From sequence record NZ_CP156668.1: 64,000 nucleotides of DNA, one strand, 5' to 3'. The translations under genes were made by a program, and so were the position numbers. This DNA comes from a plasmid. The notes under the pieces were generated by a model. The model ran no database searches, had not been told where the DNA came from, and worked only from the letters and a program-made list of their open reading frames with translations. Of the stretch, positions 29,305 to 39,465 are shown one piece after another. The number at the start of each line of letters is the position of its first letter. Position 1 is the first letter of the stretch.

Positions 29305-31978
29305 TTTTTTTGCTCCAAATAGGTAAAGTAAAGTAAAAACATACGCCGTTATTTAAATTTTTAGCCCAAATATTACCATCATAAGCTTCAATAATAGATT
29401 TACACAATGATAAGCCAATTCCAAGCCCTCTTTGAGCCCTTAATGGTTGCTTTTGTTTGCCAGTGTAAAACAGTCCAAATAGGTGAGCCAGATCACCATT
29501 AGTTAATTTTGGTCCGTTATTTGAAATCTCAAATTGGACTTGATTGGTATTCTTTTGAAAAATTCTAATCGAAATTTTGGTTTTTTCCGGTGTGTGTTGA
29601 ATAGCATTGTTAACTATATTAATAATGACTTGGGTAATTAAGTGTGCGTCAGCCATGACCATTAATAATGGATCAGACAAGTTAACGGTAATCTTATGAT
29701 CTTCAAATCCTGGGCTAAGATGTTGCAAAGATTCTTGAATAATATCATCAACTAACTCTGGAGAATGACGTACTTGAAGACTACTCTCTAAACGAGTCAT
29801 TGCCAATAGATTCTCCACTAGACTAATTAACCATGAAGAGTCATTAAATATTGATTCATATAATGTATACTTTTCAACATCACTAAGCTTATTTCCTTCT
29901 CGTTTCAATATATCTGCACTACCAGAAATATTTGTTAACGGTGTTCGTAAATCATGGGAGATTCCTCGTAGCAAGTTAGCCCTGAGTTTTTCCTGATGCG
30001 ATTTAATTTCAGCTTTTCTTTTTTCATTTAGGATTCTCATCCTTGATAAGGCTTGACCACATTCATCCAATATCGAAATAATTAAATTACGATCAAATAT
30101 TTCCAAAGATCGTTTTGAATTTATTGCTAAGCCTATAACCGCAACAACTGATGAAGGGGAATTTCCAAAAATAGGTAAATATAAACACTTTGCTTGTGGT
30201 AAAGTATTAGTAGTTAATCCAGCTTCTTGACCATTCTTGAATGCCCAGGTTGCAATGGCTTTCTCGTTATCACTGGAAAACTCATAAAAAGAGCTCTGGC
30301 TTTGGTTTAACAGATAAATTTTAGGTTGCAGTAACTTAGAATCCTGGCATTCATAAAAGACCATTGTAGCACTATAAATTTTTTGTAGTTGTTGAACAGT
30401 CGTGTCAATAATATCGGTTGATAATTTGGCTTGTTGCAATTTACGAATAGTTTCCAACAGCACCTCTGTTTGGTAGACACGGTTAGAGTTATATTGAACT
30501 TGGTGCTTCAATTTTAGTGTCCAATAATTACTGATTATTGAAACTAGTAGCATTAAAAAAAATGTCAACAAGTAAACTGGACTACTACTAAGAGAAAAAT
30601 AGGGTTTGGTAAAAAATAAATTGAAACTAATTACTGCTAAAAAAGCTGATAAGAATCCATATACTTGATCTTTTAGGTTAATTGCGCAGAGCATGATCCC
30701 TAACATATAAACCAAAACGACATTTACCAATGGTACTTGTGCAAATATTAATAGTTTTCCAACCACTGTGCTTCCCAAAATAATACTTGAAATCATTAGC
30801 ATATTTTTAGCCATGCGCTTAGAGCCAGACTTACTAAGTGAACCTTTAAAATGGGTTAAAAATGTACCATTTAAATGTTGGACTTGATTCAAATTAGTTT
30901 TAGCACTATTAATTACATACTCATCAACTTCTGGTAACAGATATCCTATTTGATACACAAGTGTAGATCGTGTTTGCCATATTTTTTTATAAGGACTAGC
31001 CCCAAGTACAATTTTGGTTACGCTGCTTTCTTTGGCATACTCTGTAATTTGCAGAGCTGGGTTCTCACCCTGCAGTTTAATAACCTTTGCACCTAGTTGA
31101 TGGGCAAGGCTAATGTTATTATTTAAGTTTTCCTCCCATTTATTAAACTGATTGTTCTTAACATAAACCGCAATGAAGTCACTATTAAAAGCTTGAGCCA
31201 TTTGTGCAGCAGAACGAATGACACGTTCATTACTCTTAGATCCGGATAAACAGACTAGTAGCCGATCAGTACCTACCTTTGAGTTGGTAGCCAATCTTAA
31301 AGTCATTTTCCTCAATGCAAGTTCTCTTAACGTAGTAAGATTTTCAGATTTAAAAAAATTAGCTAATGCTTGCCTTATATGATTTCTAGCATATATTTTT
31401 CCAATTTTAAGTCTATTGATCAGATCATTGGGTTCGATATCAATTAACTTGACCTGATTTGCCATATCAAATATATAATCTGGTACTCGTTCTTGAATAT
31501 CAACGTTTAATTGTTCAAAAATTATATCGTGCAGGCTTTCTAGATGTTGAACATTTAGCGTTGTATACACATTGATACCAGCAGTAAGTAATTCCTGAAT
31601 GTCTTGATAACGTTTCAAATGGCGACTTTTTTTCGTATTTGTATGTGCTAACTCATCAACTAAAATTGTCTGTGGATGTCGTTCCAGTGCACCATCGAGA
31701 TTGAATTCTTGAAGATACATTCCCTTATAGGATTCTTTTTTTACAGGGATTGATTCTAACCCCCTAGCAAGATTGCGTGTATCTGCCCTGCCATGATCCT
31801 CAAGGTATCCAATAATGACATCCTGGCCCTCCTGCTTCAAGTCCTGTGCTTCTGCTAGCATAGAATAAGTTTTGCCAACACCAGCGGCATAACCAAAGAA
31901 AATCTTTAATTTCCCCCTGCCTGAAGTTTCAAGATTTGCATCTTTTAAGTACCTACTTGCACGTTCATTTTGATTCAT
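29294..31978 (-). CDS. kdpD: Sensor histidine kinase KdpD
   Basis: N-terminal KdpD domain with P-loop GYAAGVGKT, Usp domain, four TM helices, GAF, HisKA (HDLRTPL) and HATPase_c. Confidence 0.9.
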   Translation of the reverse strand: MNQNERASRYLKDANLETSGRGKLKIFFGYAAGVGKTYSMLAEAQDLKQEGQDVIIGYLEDHGRADTRNLARGLESIPVKKESYKGMYLQEFNLDGALERHPQTILVDELAHTNTKKSRHLKRYQDIQELLTAGINVYTTLNVQHLESLHDIIFEQLNVDIQERVPDYIFDMANQVKLIDIEPNDLINRLKIGKIYARNHIRQALANFFKSENLTTLRELALRKMTLRLATNSKVGTDRLLVCLSGSKSNERVIRSAAQMAQAFNSDFIAVYVKNNQFNKWEENLNNNISLAHQLGAKVIKLQGENPALQITEYAKESSVTKIVLGASPYKKIWQTRSTLVYQIGYLLPEVDEYVINSAKTNLNQVQHLNGTFLTHFKGSLSKSGSKRMAKNMLMISSIILGSTVVGKLLIFAQVPLVNVVLVYMLGIMLCAINLKDQVYGFLSAFLAVISFNLFFTKPYFSLSSSPVYLLTFFLMLLVSIISNYWTLKLKHQVQYNSNRVYQTEVLLETIRKLQQAKLSTDIIDTTVQQLQKIYSATMVFYECQDSKLLQPKIYLLNQSQSSFYEFSSDNEKAIATWAFKNGQEAGLTTNTLPQAKCLYLPIFGNSPSSVVAVIGLAINSKRSLEIFDRNLIISILDECGQALSRMRILNEKRKAEIKSHQEKLRANLLRGISHDLRTPLTNISGSADILKREGNKLSDVEKYTLYESIFNDSSWLISLVENLLAMTRLESSLQVRHSPELVDDIIQESLQHLSPGFEDHKITVNLSDPLLMVMADAHLITQVIINIVNNAIQHTPEKTKISIRIFQKNTNQVQFEISNNGPKLTNGDLAHLFGLFYTGKQKQPLRAQRGLGIGLSLCKSIIEAYDGNIWAKNLNNGVCFYFTLPIWSKKNEK

Positions 31979-32194
31979 CTAGTTATCCCTCCAAATAGAA
32001 TACAAGAATATCCTTGGTAAGTATACTATCGTTCTAACTAAATTTACCCAAAAATAAAGTCTTGTCTTTTATAATCTTCAAATCAAGATCTTTATAGGCT
32101 CTATTACATATGACACAAAACCCCTAAATGATTATCACATATGGTAATCATTTAGGGGCTTAACCCGCGACTTATCTCAGCTAAGCTTCAAAAG

Positions 32195-32794
32195 TTATTT
32201 TGATAGTTTATCCAAGGCCAGATTAGTTTCTAGCACGTTAACCCGAGGTTCACCAAGAATTCCCAGAGTGCGAGTTTTGGTATTTTGGTCAATCACTCGT
32301 TGAATTTTTTGAACACTGACATGCCGAGCCTTAGCAATTCTCTTAACCTGATATTTAGCAGCAGTTGGTGATATTTCTGGATCTAAGCCACTTCCTGAAT
32401 TAGTTACTAGGTCAATGGGAACATGTCGATAAGTGGCATTAGGATTCAATCTTTTTATTGTCTTTTCTTTATCAATAATCTCCTTTTGATAACTTTTATC
32501 GTTAGGGCTCATTTGTGAGGCCACAGAGTACATAATATTTTTATTGTTTTTTTGTCCAGTTATATCGCCAACAGTAATATCCATCTGTCTACCCCACAGG
32601 TATTTTTTGCTTGTGAATGGTTGTGCAATTAGTGCTGATCCCCTTACTGTTTGATCAGATCTAACTAAACTGCCATTTGCTTGTGAGGTAAAAAAGGTTT
32701 GCCCAATTGCACTAACAATTAAGGTATAGATACCACAAATAATCGTTATGACAATTACTGCCAAAATTGACTTACCTAATGTCTTAACTACCAT
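32195..32794 (-). CDS. kdpC: K+-transporting ATPase subunit C
   Basis: Single N-terminal TM helix and a conserved KdpC C-terminal region (GSGLDPEISP). Confidence 0.85.
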   Translation of the reverse strand: MVVKTLGKSILAVIVITIICGIYTLIVSAIGQTFFTSQANGSLVRSDQTVRGSALIAQPFTSKKYLWGRQMDITVGDITGQKNNKNIMYSVASQMSPNDKSYQKEIIDKEKTIKRLNPNATYRHVPIDLVTNSGSGLDPEISPTAAKYQVKRIAKARHVSVQKIQRVIDQNTKTRTLGILGEPRVNVLETNLALDKLSK

Positions 32795-32812
32795 TATTGT
32801 CTTTCTCCCTTC

Positions 32813-34894
32813 TCATAGAATCTGTAGTATGAGTGCAATGATCAAGTCGATCAACTTAATTCCAATGAATGGAACAACTATCCCACCAAGCCCATAAACT
32901 AGCAAATTATGCCGCAGTAACTGACTAGCTGGAACTTCTCGGTAACGTACTCCCTTGAGTGCCAGGGGAATTAAGGCGACAATAATTAGTGCGTTAAAAA
33001 TCAATGCTGACAGGATTGCACTTGTTGGACTATACAAATGCATAATGTTAAGCACATTTAACTTGGGATATAATCCTACAAACATAGCCGGAATGATAGC
33101 AAAATACTTAGCAATGTCGTTTGCAATTGAAAAAGTGGTTAAGCTTCCTCGAGTCATTAATAATTGTTTACCAATTTGGACAATTTTAATTAATTTAGTT
33201 GGTGAAGAATCTAGATCAACCATATTACCAGCCTCTTTTGCAGCCTGTGTACCCGTGTTCATAGCTACAGCAACGTCGGCCTGAGCCAAGGCAGGAGCGT
33301 CATTAGTTCCATCGCCAGTCATGGCAACTAAATGTCCCTTATTTTGATATTCACGAATGGTTTTCATTTTACTTTCTGGAGTAGCCTGAGATAGAAAACT
33401 ATCAACCCCAGCTTCAGCAGCAATGGCAGCAGCGGTTACTGGATTATCGCCAGTAATCATGATTGTCTTTATGCCCATCTTCCTTAGATCAGCAAATTTT
33501 TCCTTAACGCCGGGTTTTATGATATCTTTCAAGTAGATAACACCAAGAATAACACCATTCTTGCATACTACTAAAGGTGTCCCTCCCTGTTCAGCAATTC
33601 TCTTAACTGCTATTTGGCATTCTTCGCTGTATTTATTTTTTTTTGTCAGGACATATTGTTTGATATTCTCCGAAGCACCTTTACGAATTTCATCTCCAGC
33701 AAAATTAACACCACTCATTTTAGTTTGTGCTGAAAATGGAATAAACTTAGCCTGATTTGCTTCTAAGTTCTGTTCTCTAAGGCTATACTTTTCTTTTGCT
33801 AATACAACAATTGATCTTCCTTCCGGCGTCTCATCAGCTAAGGATGAAAGCTGTGCCGCAATTGCTAATTCTTTTTCTGAATGGCCATCGACTGGAATAA
33901 ATGCTGAGGCACGTCGATTGCCTAATGTTATTGTCCCAGTTTTGTCCAGGAGTAATACATCGGTATCGCCAGCAGCCTCAATGGCCCGACCACTCATTGC
34001 TAAAACATTAGCTTGATTCAATCTACTCATGCCAGCAATACCGATAGCTGAAAGAAGTGCTCCAATGGTTGTCGGGGCTAAACAAACCAGTAATGCAATT
34101 AACCATACAATAGACATTGGATTTCTCATATCAAGTATCTGAGATGATAACTGAGAATACGTGTATAATGCCGCCACTACCAACACAAATATGATAGACA
34201 ATGCAACTAAAAAAATTTCTAGTGCAATTTCATTAGGCGTTTTTTTACGGTTAGCACCTTCTACCATTCCAATCATTTTGTCCAAAAAACTAGCACCTTG
34301 TTCTTGTGTTACCTTGATGACCAAATGATCTGATAAAACAGTAGTACCACCGGTAACAGCAGAGCGATCTCCGCCAGCTTCTCGTATTACCGGCGCAGAT
34401 TCACCGGTAATTGCACTCTCGTCAACAGAAGCAGCTCCTTCGACAACTTCACCATCTGCTGCAATGGTTTCCCCAGCTTCAGCAAGGAATAGATCACCTT
34501 TATTTAAGTTTTCTCCACTAACTTTTTCAATATTTGATAAATCGCCAACTTTATTTAACCTTTTTGCCATTACTGCACGTTTTGATTTTTTCAACTCTGC
34601 CGCTTGAGCTTTACCGCGCCCTTCAGCGACAGCCTCTGAAAAGTTTGCAAACAGGCAAGTAATCCAAAGAATTACAGCTACTGTAAAGATAAAACCACTA
34701 CTTACAATTCTGTCTGAGATGCCAAAAAGCGATAAAATAAATAAGATAGTTGTTGCAATTGCTGATACATAAACTAGAAACATCACTGGATTTTTAATTT
34801 GTAGGTTAGGCTTTAACTTAAGAAAAGTTTCTTTAAGTGCCGCTCCTAACATTTTTCGCTTAAACATTTGATTTTTCTCTATTTTTTCATTCAT
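32813..34894 (-). CDS. kdpB: K+-transporting P-type ATPase subunit B
   Basis: P-type motifs DKTGTIT, TGDN and [11 protein letters not shown]. Start at MNEKIEK (RBS AAGGTGGG 7 nt upstream). Confidence 0.9.
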   Translation of the reverse strand: MNEKIEKNQMFKRKMLGAALKETFLKLKPNLQIKNPVMFLVYVSAIATTILFILSLFGISDRIVSSGFIFTVAVILWITCLFANFSEAVAEGRGKAQAAELKKSKRAVMAKRLNKVGDLSNIEKVSGENLNKGDLFLAEAGETIAADGEVVEGAASVDESAITGESAPVIREAGGDRSAVTGGTTVLSDHLVIKVTQEQGASFLDKMIGMVEGANRKKTPNEIALEIFLVALSIIFVLVVAALYTYSQLSSQILDMRNPMSIVWLIALLVCLAPTTIGALLSAIGIAGMSRLNQANVLAMSGRAIEAAGDTDVLLLDKTGTITLGNRRASAFIPVDGHSEKELAIAAQLSSLADETPEGRSIVVLAKEKYSLREQNLEANQAKFIPFSAQTKMSGVNFAGDEIRKGASENIKQYVLTKKNKYSEECQIAVKRIAEQGGTPLVVCKNGVILGVIYLKDIIKPGVKEKFADLRKMGIKTIMITGDNPVTAAAIAAEAGVDSFLSQATPESKMKTIREYQNKGHLVAMTGDGTNDAPALAQADVAVAMNTGTQAAKEAGNMVDLDSSPTKLIKIVQIGKQLLMTRGSLTTFSIANDIAKYFAIIPAMFVGLYPKLNVLNIMHLYSPTSAILSALIFNALIIVALIPLALKGVRYREVPASQLLRHNLLVYGLGGIVVPFIGIKLIDLIIALILQIL

Positions 34895-34942
34895 AGTCAG
34901 ACCCACCTTACTAATTTTAGAAACGCATAATGTAAAATCATA

Positions 34943-36715
34943 TTAATGTGTCAAAAAGTCCGCTATTGGTCCTAATGATAGTGCTGGAAAGAAACTAAGC
35001 ACGCCAATGATTAATACAACGATTATTAACATAAAAACAAAGGTTGGACTTGTAGTTGATAATGTTCCCGAACTACTAGCAACAATTTTATGCTGTCCCA
35101 TTTTACCAGCAATCGCCATTATAGCGATAATAGGAAGAAAACGAGAAATGATCATCGCAACAGCTAATAAAACATTGAAAATAATGGTATTACCATTGAA
35201 CCCTCCAAAGCTGGAACCATTATTTGCCCCTGCTGATGAAAAAGCATATAAAAATTCAGAGAATCCATGTGCTCCACTATTGCTAAGACTAGTTAAAGTA
35301 CTCTTTAACATTGCTGGAATAGCGCTGCAAGTTAAAATTGCAATTGGCGTTGATAGGCAAGCGATAACAGCCATACGCATTTCGTAAGGCCCAATTTTTT
35401 TACCTAAATATTCTGGTGTACGTCCTACCATTAGCCCAGCAATAAAAACTGTTAGGATGATAAATCCAAGCATGCCGTACAATCCAGATCCTACACCACC
35501 AAAAACAACCTCGCCTAATTGCATTAAAGCCATGGGCATTAATCCGCCCAGAGAACTAAAACTATCTAATGTTGCATTCACTGCGCCTGTAGATGTTGCA
35601 GTAGTAACAATACTCCAAACAGCTGATCCAGGAATACCAATTCTAGTTTCTTTGCCTTCCATAGCCAAATTACCAATATGAGCTAAAGTGGTCCCATGTT
35701 GTTCAACAATTCCTTCAAATATTAACGCAACTACAAACATAATTGCCATAGCTGAGAAGATTGCCCAACCTTCCTTACGCCGCTTTAAAGATTCACCAAA
35801 GCTAAAACATAGCGCCATGGGCAGAAGAAGCATTGCCGTTGTTTCAATAAAGTTTGTAAAAGGTGTTGGATTTTCATATGGATGGGCAGAGTTAGCACCT
35901 AAGACCCCCCCACCATTAGTCCCCAATAACTTAATTGATACCTGGGAAGCTTGTGGGAATAACGGTAAGGTTTCTTTAGTTATAATTTTTGCCCCATCGA
36001 TTTTGTGATTTTTAATCCTAACTGTATTTTTTTTGACGTTAATTTCAGCCCCATGAATCGCCTGGTTATGTTTATCAACGGCAACAGGTTGTACCAAGGT
36101 AGCAGTTTTATAACCACCAGTTGTTTGAGGAACACCACCTGCCATGAGCATAATAGACATAAACAAACTAAGCGGGATTAAAAGATATAGAAAGATCCTG
36201 GTCAAGTCTCGCCAAAAGTTTCCAATTGCTTTTGCTTCTGTACGTTGGATACCTCTAATTAATGCAAAAAGAACCGCAATTCCAACAGCCGCAGAGGCAA
36301 AGTTTTGAACAGTTAAACCAATCGTCTGAGAAAAATTAGAAAGAGCCATTTCCCCAGAATATGATTGCCAATTAGTGTTGGTTACAAAACTAACAGCAGT
36401 ATTAAACGCTAATGACCAAGAAAGCCCCGAAAAATGTTCTGGATTCCCAGGTAAATAATTTTGGAATTTCAAAATACTAAACAAAACTAAAAAACTAACT
36501 AAAGAAAACATTAAAATACTTAGTAAGTAAGTTTTCCAACTCATCTCGCGATTAGACACACGAAAAAATTTATATATTTTGTTTTCAATTGGTCGGATAA
36601 TTCTGCTCATAAAATTGTTCTGATCATTAATAATATGGCTGATATACTTGCCTAATGGAATGGCTAATAATAATGGAACAATGATATATGGTAAATATTG
36701 AGCCCATGTTGGCAT
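34943..36715 (-). CDS. kdpA: K+-transporting ATPase subunit A
   Basis: 10-TM KdpA with selectivity-filter-like TNGGG and NNGS segments. 590 aa. Confidence 0.9.
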   Translation of the reverse strand: MPTWAQYLPYIIVPLLLAIPLGKYISHIINDQNNFMSRIIRPIENKIYKFFRVSNREMSWKTYLLSILMFSLVSFLVLFSILKFQNYLPGNPEHFSGLSWSLAFNTAVSFVTNTNWQSYSGEMALSNFSQTIGLTVQNFASAAVGIAVLFALIRGIQRTEAKAIGNFWRDLTRIFLYLLIPLSLFMSIMLMAGGVPQTTGGYKTATLVQPVAVDKHNQAIHGAEINVKKNTVRIKNHKIDGAKIITKETLPLFPQASQVSIKLLGTNGGGVLGANSAHPYENPTPFTNFIETTAMLLLPMALCFSFGESLKRRKEGWAIFSAMAIMFVVALIFEGIVEQHGTTLAHIGNLAMEGKETRIGIPGSAVWSIVTTATSTGAVNATLDSFSSLGGLMPMALMQLGEVVFGGVGSGLYGMLGFIILTVFIAGLMVGRTPEYLGKKIGPYEMRMAVIACLSTPIAILTCSAIPAMLKSTLTSLSNSGAHGFSEFLYAFSSAGANNGSSFGGFNGNTIIFNVLLAVAMIISRFLPIIAIMAIAGKMGQHKIVASSSGTLSTTSPTFVFMLIIVVLIIGVLSFFPALSLGPIADFLTH

Positions 36716-36796
36716 ACTATGATTCTCCTTTCACTAGAACATAAATTAGATAAGCTAATAAAAAGATTGTTAAGATCGTTCCTAAGACCAAAACCA
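36716..36796 (-). CDS. kdpF: KdpF-like 26-aa single-TM peptide
   Basis: MVLVLGTILTIFLLAYLIYVLVKGES* lies immediately upstream of kdpA (its TAG stop abuts the kdpA ATG), with RBS GGAAGTGAG. It is not in the ORF track because it is under 60 aa. Confidence 0.55.
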
Positions 36797-36829
36797 TTTG
36801 TCTCACTTCCAATTAATTTTTTAATTTAA

Positions 36830-37108
36830 TCAAGGGTGCTCCATCACGTTAATGCGTTGTTTCCAAAATTTTCTAACACTAATAGGAACTTTGTCTGAGA
36901 ATCCGTAGTCAAATTTAAGATGCTGAGCAGTATCGAAAAAATAAAAAATTGTAACATCTGCTATGAAAAGGTCTCCTGAAGTACTTTGAATGTAGCCTCC
37001 CATCTTTTTTTTAATATCATTATCAATTAAACAAATTATTTTTTCTCGACTATACTGGTCCGAATAATCTTTGTAATAATAATTATCAATCATTTTGAAC
37101 ATCTCCAA
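36830..37108 (-). CDS. Hypothetical 92-aa protein (Tyr/Asp-rich) at the edge of the AT-rich island
   Basis: ORF MEMFKMIDNYYYKDYSDQYSREKII.... It has no recognisable domain. Its GC is about 28%, far below the flanking kdp genes. Confidence 0.35.
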   Translation of the reverse strand: MEMFKMIDNYYYKDYSDQYSREKIICLIDNDIKKKMGGYIQSTSGDLFIADVTIFYFFDTAQHLKFDYGFSDKVPISVRKFWKQRINVMEHP

Positions 37109-37286
37109 AACATATTCAAATTAACTAAAGATATAGTATATGAAAAGGTGTTAAAATGGTGTTAATATTTAAAATCTCATGTTAATATTTTGTTAAAAGC
37201 ATATATTTAATTTGTCTAATCTCATAATAGAAATTTTGACCGATAGCAAATCAATGGTTAATCAGACTAGCAACAATAAAAAAGGT

Positions 37287-37325
37287 AGGAGAGAATTATA
37301 CGCCATTCTTTCCTACCTTTTATTA
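37287..37325. terminator. Hairpin terminator between the cyclase operon and the 92-aa gene
   Basis: aaaaaaggtaggagagaattatacgccattctttcctaccttttatt. Confidence 0.55.
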
Positions 37326-37602
37326 GCTCTATACTATTATGATAATGATTGCTGCCTACACAATTAAACCACTGTCATTCATAAGTATATTTCCAACTTA
37401 TGTTTATTAACCTATCCATAACAGTTTATCGAAGAATTTCACTGCCAATCTAAACGTTGCTCTTGGGAAATCAAGAGAGCGTTACGAATCTAGTCTCAAC
37501 GTTTCCTTTTTTAACAGTCCTAATGCACGTCTATAACTCCTAGTGTAGTGTAAAAGTGCAAATGAATATTAGGGTATACCCTAGTGGCCGTTTGGGGTTA
37601 AT

Positions 37603-38433
37603 TTAAAAATTACAATCATTTTGCAATTCTTTGAGTCTATCGTTAAATGGAGTTCTCACAAAGTTTCCCCCATAGAAGCATTTTCCTTCGTCAGTTGGAA
37701 ATTGTTTAGCTAAAAAATCGGCAAACGTTTGATTATCAGGATTAGCAATGTACCTTTTACAATTGTCTTTAACGTTTTGATCGGTCAAAGTAAAATATGG
37801 ATAATTTTCATTATTGGCTTTATCACATAGGTGTGCAGCGGTATTTACGTTGTCACCAAGAAAGATAGGCTTATTTATACCGCTACCTTTATCTCCAGCT
37901 TGTATAACCAGTGCTTCGCCCGTAGCAATACCCACGCCCGCTTTAATGTCAATTCTTCGTTTATAGTGCTTAGAAAAGAGATTATTTATTATTCCTAATA
38001 GAGGATTGAACATAGAGGCTGATTCTAAAGCTTCTATAACATCAGATCTGTCTTTATATTCACCTGATTTATCTTTATTTTCAACAAATATTGCTGAAAC
38101 ACAGTCACCAACAATATTTATTTCCTTACAACACTCATGACTTCTTAAAACTGCAATTATTTCGCTAATATAGGATCTATAAAATCTGGCTATTATTCTT
38201 CTGTCATATCCCTCTTTTGTAATCAGTTTAGAAGAGTTTCGTATATCAATAAAAAAAGCGGTATTTTTGACGTAAGCACCATTAGTGTAACTTAATGCGT
38301 TATCTAAACTAGGCAAGTAATCCAGATGATCAAATTTATTTGTATCTGTTAGAATCTCTTTTATTACATCTTCAGCTGTACTTAGATTAAAAGACTTGAA
38401 ATTAATTGTACTATTTCCCATTTTATTTTCCAT
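37603..38433 (-). CDS. Class III nucleotidyl cyclase-domain protein (adenylate/guanylate-cyclase-like). Candidate signal-producing enzyme of a Pycsar-like module
   Basis: Motifs AFFIDIRNSSKL (FxDIxGFT-like metal Asp), INIVGDCVSAIF (KxIGDxxMA-like second Asp) and GIATGEALVIQAGD...IFLGDNVNTAAHL (GDTVNxAAR-like, with His replacing Arg). Start at MENKMG (38433) or MGNST (38421). The upstream ORF Met at 38511 lies inside the preceding gene and has no RBS. Confidence 0.55.
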   Translation of the reverse strand: MENKMGNSTINFKSFNLSTAEDVIKEILTDTNKFDHLDYLPSLDNALSYTNGAYVKNTAFFIDIRNSSKLITKEGYDRRIIARFYRSYISEIIAVLRSHECCKEINIVGDCVSAIFVENKDKSGEYKDRSDVIEALESASMFNPLLGIINNLFSKHYKRRIDIKAGVGIATGEALVIQAGDKGSGINKPIFLGDNVNTAAHLCDKANNENYPYFTLTDQNVKDNCKRYIANPDNQTFADFLAKQFPTDEGKCFYGGNFVRTPFNDRLKELQNDCNF

Positions 38434-38444
38434 GTCCTTCCATA

Positions 38445-38987
38445 TTAATTGATAGATAGTCCAATAGATGCTATCAGTGTGACTAGAAAAATTGTCCCAA
38501 AGCCTAAACATATAAATTTGATACCAATATTGCAGTTTTTCATTTTTGTATCAGCAATATTGGCATTAACAAATATTTGATTAACTAGGTCATCATTGGG
38601 ATTAAAATCTTTGCAGAAGTAATTTTTCATTTCGTTTAGCCCATTTTGAGATATATCGCCAAAAAAAATGTGGGATTGTTGATGGGAAATGTTTTTCAAT
38701 CTAGGTATAAGGGTAAAAAATAAATAGAATCCACCAATAAAGACTAATATTAATCCAAATACTAGCAAAAAAATAAGTACCGTTAAAAAAATTTTATCTT
38801 TGATAAAAAGATAGTGGATACAATTTACTACGACACCATAGAAGCGAGAGTTTATCAATAAAGTAAATAACACCCCAATTGCTGATAATAAGACTGAAGC
38901 TTTTGTATCTGATTTTTGTATCCAATCTAATTGCTTGTCTAATAGATATTGTAAATACTTGGTTTTTTCACAATTATTATCGTTCAT
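38445..38987 (-). CDS. Small 3-4 TM membrane protein encoded immediately upstream of, and translationally coupled to, the cyclase. Candidate membrane effector
   Basis: 180 aa. TM segments VLLSAIGVLFTLLINSRFYGVVV, IFLTVLIFLLVFGLILVFIGGFYLFFTLI and IKFICLGFGTIFLVTLIASIGLSI, with a ~60-aa soluble loop. No cNMP-binding, TIR or enzymatic motif seen. Its stop is 11 nt before the cyclase ATG. Confidence 0.45.
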   Translation of the reverse strand: MNDNNCEKTKYLQYLLDKQLDWIQKSDTKASVLLSAIGVLFTLLINSRFYGVVVNCIHYLFIKDKIFLTVLIFLLVFGLILVFIGGFYLFFTLIPRLKNISHQQSHIFFGDISQNGLNEMKNYFCKDFNPNDDLVNQIFVNANIADTKMKNCNIGIKFICLGFGTIFLVTLIASIGLSIN

Positions 38988-39120
38988 TGCCTAGTCCATC
39001 TCTCTTCTTGTATAATTGAGCTTGTAGAAAAGTTAAGACGGTGGCTATTTCCAATCGGAGGTGGTGCTTATGGTGTTAAACCTTTAAAGCCCATAAATCC
39101 TAACGAAAGGAGTAGCCTAA

Positions 39121-39225
39121 GTGTCCGTTGCGGACGCTTTACAATTAATGCTGGCTTTCGGTACCTTTATCGTAGCCTTAATTGCATTAATTGTTGAGCT
39201 GATCAAAAGCCAGCAAAAAAAATAA
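39121..39225 (+). CDS. Hol-Tox family small hydrophobic peptide (putative holin-like toxin, type I toxin-like), 34 aa
   Basis: VSVADALQLMLAFGTFIVALIALIVELIKSQQKK* matches the lactobacillal Hol-Tox consensus (xSVADALQLMLAFGxFIVALxALIVExIK). RBS AAAGGAG 9 nt before GTG. Absent from the ORF track (under 60 aa). Confidence 0.7.
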   Translation: MSVADALQLMLAFGTFIVALIALIVELIKSQQKK

Positions 39226-39465
39226 TCCGTCTTAGCTTTGGCGAGCAGATGGATTATTTTTGATCTAATCTATTAAGTTTGCCACCGTCTTAAACGGTTC
39301 TACATGGGAAGTCCTGTTCTAGCAGGGCTTCCTTTTTCTGTTTACATTATAGCATGACTATAATGGACTTTCGACTATTTTTAATCAACTTTCTGCCAGT
39401 TCTTAGGGAACACATGTTTGCTTTATATGCTACAATACAGGTAAAAGCTAACGGAAGTGATCTAA

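Noticed and set aside
38445-38511. 67-bp overlap between the TM gene and the cyclase ORF, as evidence of a fused frameshifted gene
   Set aside because: The cyclase has in-frame Met codons (38433, 38421) just after the TM gene stop, with a GGAAGGA RBS. Two coupled genes is the simpler reading.
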